Assembly (NCBI GenBank): GCA_018669795.1
Contig: JABHSQ010000014.1
Location: 26,591 to 90,590, forward strand
Direction: 5' to 3'
Length of the DNA: 64,000 nt
Source: Flavobacteriaceae bacterium
GTDB lineage: Bacteria; Bacteroidota; Bacteroidia; Flavobacteriales; Flavobacteriaceae
Shown here: positions 59,361 through 64,000 of the stretch, piece after piece
Position numbering within the stretch: position 1 is the stretch's first letter
Layout: every line of letters starts with the position of its first letter
The notes under the pieces: generated by a model
Told to the model about the DNA's origin: nothing
Seen by the model: the letters and a program-made list of their open reading frames with translations, nothing else
Databases searched by the model: none
Program-made: the position numbers and the translations under genes

Positions 59361-60173
59361 TTAACTCGGAACTTCTGACGTTCCTAATCTTATTTCTATA
59401 TCTATTATTATTTCGTTTGCCTGTTCTAATAACTCACTTTCACTAAAATATTTTACAAAATCAGCATAATATTCTGAGGCCTTTATTAAACGCTCATCAA
59501 CCTTTTGTGGCACACTTTGCAAAGCTAATTCATATGCAGCTTGAAATCGCCAAAAATAGGCATCTATTCTGTAAATAGATCCTGGATGATCACTAATAAA
59601 ATTTTCAAAAGCAGCTATTGCACTTTTATAACTATTTAAAGCCTGTCCGGTTTTTAAATATTGAAAAGCGATTTCAATATCTTTTTTCTGCAACTTTAAG
59701 ATTAGCTCATTAACTTTCATATTTGCTACTTTACGATATTCTGAATCAGGATATGTGTCAATAAATGCTTGTAACTTTTCTAATCCAATATAAGTATCGG
59801 TTTGATCTAATGAATATCGAGGTGATAACTGATAATAACTAGAAGCAGATTTATAAGATGCCAATTCTATACTATCACTCTTAGGATAAGAAACTGTAAA
59901 ACGCTCGAATTGGTAACCAGAAAGGTAGTAATCTTCAAGTTGGTAATAAGTATTTGAATACATAAACATTAACTTTTCAGCTTGTGGCTTTCCCCTATAA
60001 ACTGGAACAACTTGTTCCATAAGCTTTAATGCTTTTTTATATTTACCCTTATTATACAAATTTTCTACCATTGCATATTTTAACCCAGAATCTGGATTTT
60101 TCAACATTTTTTGATATTCACCGCAAGAACTTATAAAAATGACAAATAATAATAGTAAGATACTCTTTTTCAT
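59361..60173 (-). CDS. bamD: outer membrane protein assembly factor BamD (TPR lipoprotein)
   Basis: Lipobox ISSCG and TPR-like repeats. I prefer the start at MKKSILLL (60173); the track start is 60188. Confidence 0.8.
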   Translation of the reverse strand: MKKSILLLLFVIFISSCGEYQKMLKNPDSGLKYAMVENLYNKGKYKKALKLMEQVVPVYRGKPQAEKLMFMYSNTYYQLEDYYLSGYQFERFTVSYPKSDSIELASYKSASSYYQLSPRYSLDQTDTYIGLEKLQAFIDTYPDSEYRKVANMKVNELILKLQKKDIEIAFQYLKTGQALNSYKSAIAAFENFISDHPGSIYRIDAYFWRFQAAYELALQSVPQKVDERLIKASEYYADFVKYFSESELLEQANEIIIDIEIRLGTSEVPS

Positions 60174-60299
60174 AATTTTAAAAAACATCGTGCAAAAGTA
60201 ATCAAATTAAAGAGATTACAAAAACTTATTAGGGTACTAAAATAGAGCTCCTTTTATTGTTATTCCTAGTGATTTTGAAATTTTTAACTTGAAATAAAC

Positions 60300-61184
60300 T
60301 TAGGTCCTTAAGAAATTTGAAATAAAAGCATCTATTTTACCTTGTAAATCTTTGCTAATACTAACTAATGGCAAACGCACAGTGTCTCCACAAATTCCTA
60401 GACTTTTGAATACTGCTTTTATTCCAGCTGGATTTCCTTCTTCAAAAATATAATCTATTGCAGGAGCTAACTTATAATGAATTTTATATGCTTCTTCTGC
60501 TTTTTTATTAAGCCCTAGTTTTACCATTTCTGAAAATTCTTTTGGAAAACCTTCTCCAGTTACAGAGATAACTCCAGCACCCCCAGCTAAAACCATTGGC
60601 AATGTGATCATATCATCACCGGAAATCACAAGAAAATTTTTTGGACATATAGCAATTAAATTCATTGCTTGTACAATATCTCCAGCTGCTTCTTTTATAG
60701 CTACTATATTTCCAAAATCCGTCGCAAGTCTTTTTACAGTTTCAGGTTGAATATTGGAAGCTGTTCTTCCTGGTACATTATAAACTATAATTGGTTTTTC
60801 TGAAACTTCTGAAATAGCCGCAAAATGTTGATAAATTCCTTCTTGACTTGGTTTATTATAATAAGGTGAAACAGAAAGTATTGCTGTAAAAGCTGAAACA
60901 TTAGTGGTCTTTAATTCTTCTATTACGGCTTGTGTATGGTTACCTCCTAGACCTAACACCAATGGCAATCTTTCAGCATTTGTTTCTATGATTGTATCTA
61001 TGACCAATTGTTTTTCTGGCTTTGATAAGGTAGCACTTTCAGCCGTAGTTCCTAAAATAACTAAATAGTCAATTCCGTTAGCTATACTATAATTCACAAC
61101 GCTTTGTAAGCCTTCAACATCTATTGTTAAATCTTCTTTAAAAGGAGTTATTAGAGCAACTCCAGTTCCAATTAATTCTTTCAT
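60300..61184 (-). CDS. dapA: 4-hydroxy-tetrahydrodipicolinate synthase
   Basis: [13 protein letters not shown](A)ES and the Schiff-base region IVAIKEA, 294 aa. Confidence 0.93.
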   Translation of the reverse strand: MKELIGTGVALITPFKEDLTIDVEGLQSVVNYSIANGIDYLVILGTTAESATLSKPEKQLVIDTIIETNAERLPLVLGLGGNHTQAVIEELKTTNVSAFTAILSVSPYYNKPSQEGIYQHFAAISEVSEKPIIVYNVPGRTASNIQPETVKRLATDFGNIVAIKEAAGDIVQAMNLIAICPKNFLVISGDDMITLPMVLAGGAGVISVTGEGFPKEFSEMVKLGLNKKAEEAYKIHYKLAPAIDYIFEEGNPAGIKAVFKSLGICGDTVRLPLVSISKDLQGKIDAFISNFLRT

Positions 61185-61256
61185 GTGTCTATAATTATTA
61201 TAATAAAAAGTTTCAACAAGCTCGTTTAATAATCATCTTCTTTAAACAGGTATCTT

Positions 61257-61775
61257 TTAATTTATTTTATTTAAGATTCGGAAATATTTTAGCAATTCTT
61301 TTTTTATAACACTTATTTTCAATGGATCTACATCAATTAACAAATCAAAAAGGCGATTGTCAATTTCTTTAAAACCCACTTTAAATTTTGCGTTACTTTT
61401 AGATATCATTAGATCTAAATAATTATTTTTAGTGTGATAGTAACCCACTAAAACATCAAAAGGAGTTTCTAAAAACTCATTTGCATTTTTATTGTGAATC
61501 TTGCCTTTCCATGAAAAATGTTTATTATTAATTTTATTTTGATGCAATGTTGGAGTTTTAGTTTTTACTTCTGAAAAAAAAAATATTTTCACATCTTTTT
61601 CAGGCAATCCAAGCTCTTTAGAAATTTCATAAAAACTTTCAAAAGCAATATTTATTTCTTCATCAACTAAAAAACCTATGGAATGTAATTGATCGTTAAT
61701 TTTAGATACATCTCTGTTTTCCAAATTTTTATCAATACTTTTTTTTAGAAATATTTTTTGAAATCTTTTTAACAT
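61257..61775 (-). CDS. hypothetical protein (conserved between dapA and ligA)
   Basis: Coding-like ORF. I do not recognise a family. The start is uncertain; the track gives 61793 and an internal Met lies at 61775. Confidence 0.5.
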   Translation of the reverse strand: MLKRFQKIFLKKSIDKNLENRDVSKINDQLHSIGFLVDEEINIAFESFYEISKELGLPEKDVKIFFFSEVKTKTPTLHQNKINNKHFSWKGKIHNKNANEFLETPFDVLVGYYHTKNNYLDLMISKSNAKFKVGFKEIDNRLFDLLIDVDPLKISVIKKELLKYFRILNKIN

Positions 61776-61830
61776 ATAACTAGTACAATTCAATACAAAA
61801 ATAAAGCATTAGCTTGAAGTATTAATCAAT

Positions 61831-63828
<1,998 letters not shown>

Positions 63829-64000
63829 TTAAACTTATTGCTTTAACTTATTGCATGCCAAGTATTTATATTTAATTTGGAAACAAATTAGTCCGTATTT
63901 AATCTTTAGTAGGCGTATTGACTATGATTCTAGTCGCTTTGCCTTTCTATCTTTCCATTTTTTTAGTTCTCCTAAACTGTTTAACAATACAGAAATTACT

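Noticed and set aside
63924-64000. A possible start of a plus-strand membrane-protein gene (MILVALPFYLSIFLVLLNCLTIQKL...) that runs off the window edge.
   Set aside because: Only about 25 codons are visible, with no recognisable motif or clear promoter, so the evidence is not enough to call a CDS.

Overview
This is an AT-rich, densely packed chromosomal segment that I assign to Bacteroidota, class Flavobacteriia. The assignment rests on several TTTG-N18/19-TAnnTTTG promoter motifs, T9SS type A and type B C-terminal sorting domains, and the gene string bamD-rpoZ-coaBC-DUF4835-recN. I support about 64 protein-coding genes, nearly all housekeeping. They cover replication and repair (dnaX, recQ, recN, ligA, a RecD-like helicase), translation and tRNA modification (rpsA, smpB, rnz, miaA, miaE, rsmD), pyrimidine synthesis (pyrR, pyrB), LPS/Kdo (kdsB, kpsF, lptB), cofactors (pdxH, coaBC, coaE, dapA, glyA), chaperones (clpB, csp, a PPIase), tatC and fabI. 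There is one ncRNA, RNase P RNA, on the minus strand at about 7148-7451.

I saw no rRNA, tRNA, CRISPR array, transposase or integrase, prophage or recognisable defence island. I cannot point to a convincing undescribed multi-gene system, and the window reads as core genome.

The observations most worth follow-up are:
- An A10 run (A-AAA-AAG) in dnaX with stops in both alternative frames, a candidate tau/gamma switch.
- A perfect 18-bp palindrome between a TetR gene and a divergent gene for a T9SS-sorted thioredoxin-fold protein with a CGPC site.
- A 13-bp perfect direct repeat upstream of clpB.
- A Kv-type K+ channel whose conserved N-terminal motif lies upstream of any canonical start codon.
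- A kdsB / iron-alcohol-dehydrogenase gene pair (KdnB-like hypothesis).
- A 548-bp gene-poor spacer upstream of rpsA.

All product calls come from motif recognition in the supplied translations and from memory of protein families. No database search was possible. Coordinates of small motifs may be off by about 1 nt.
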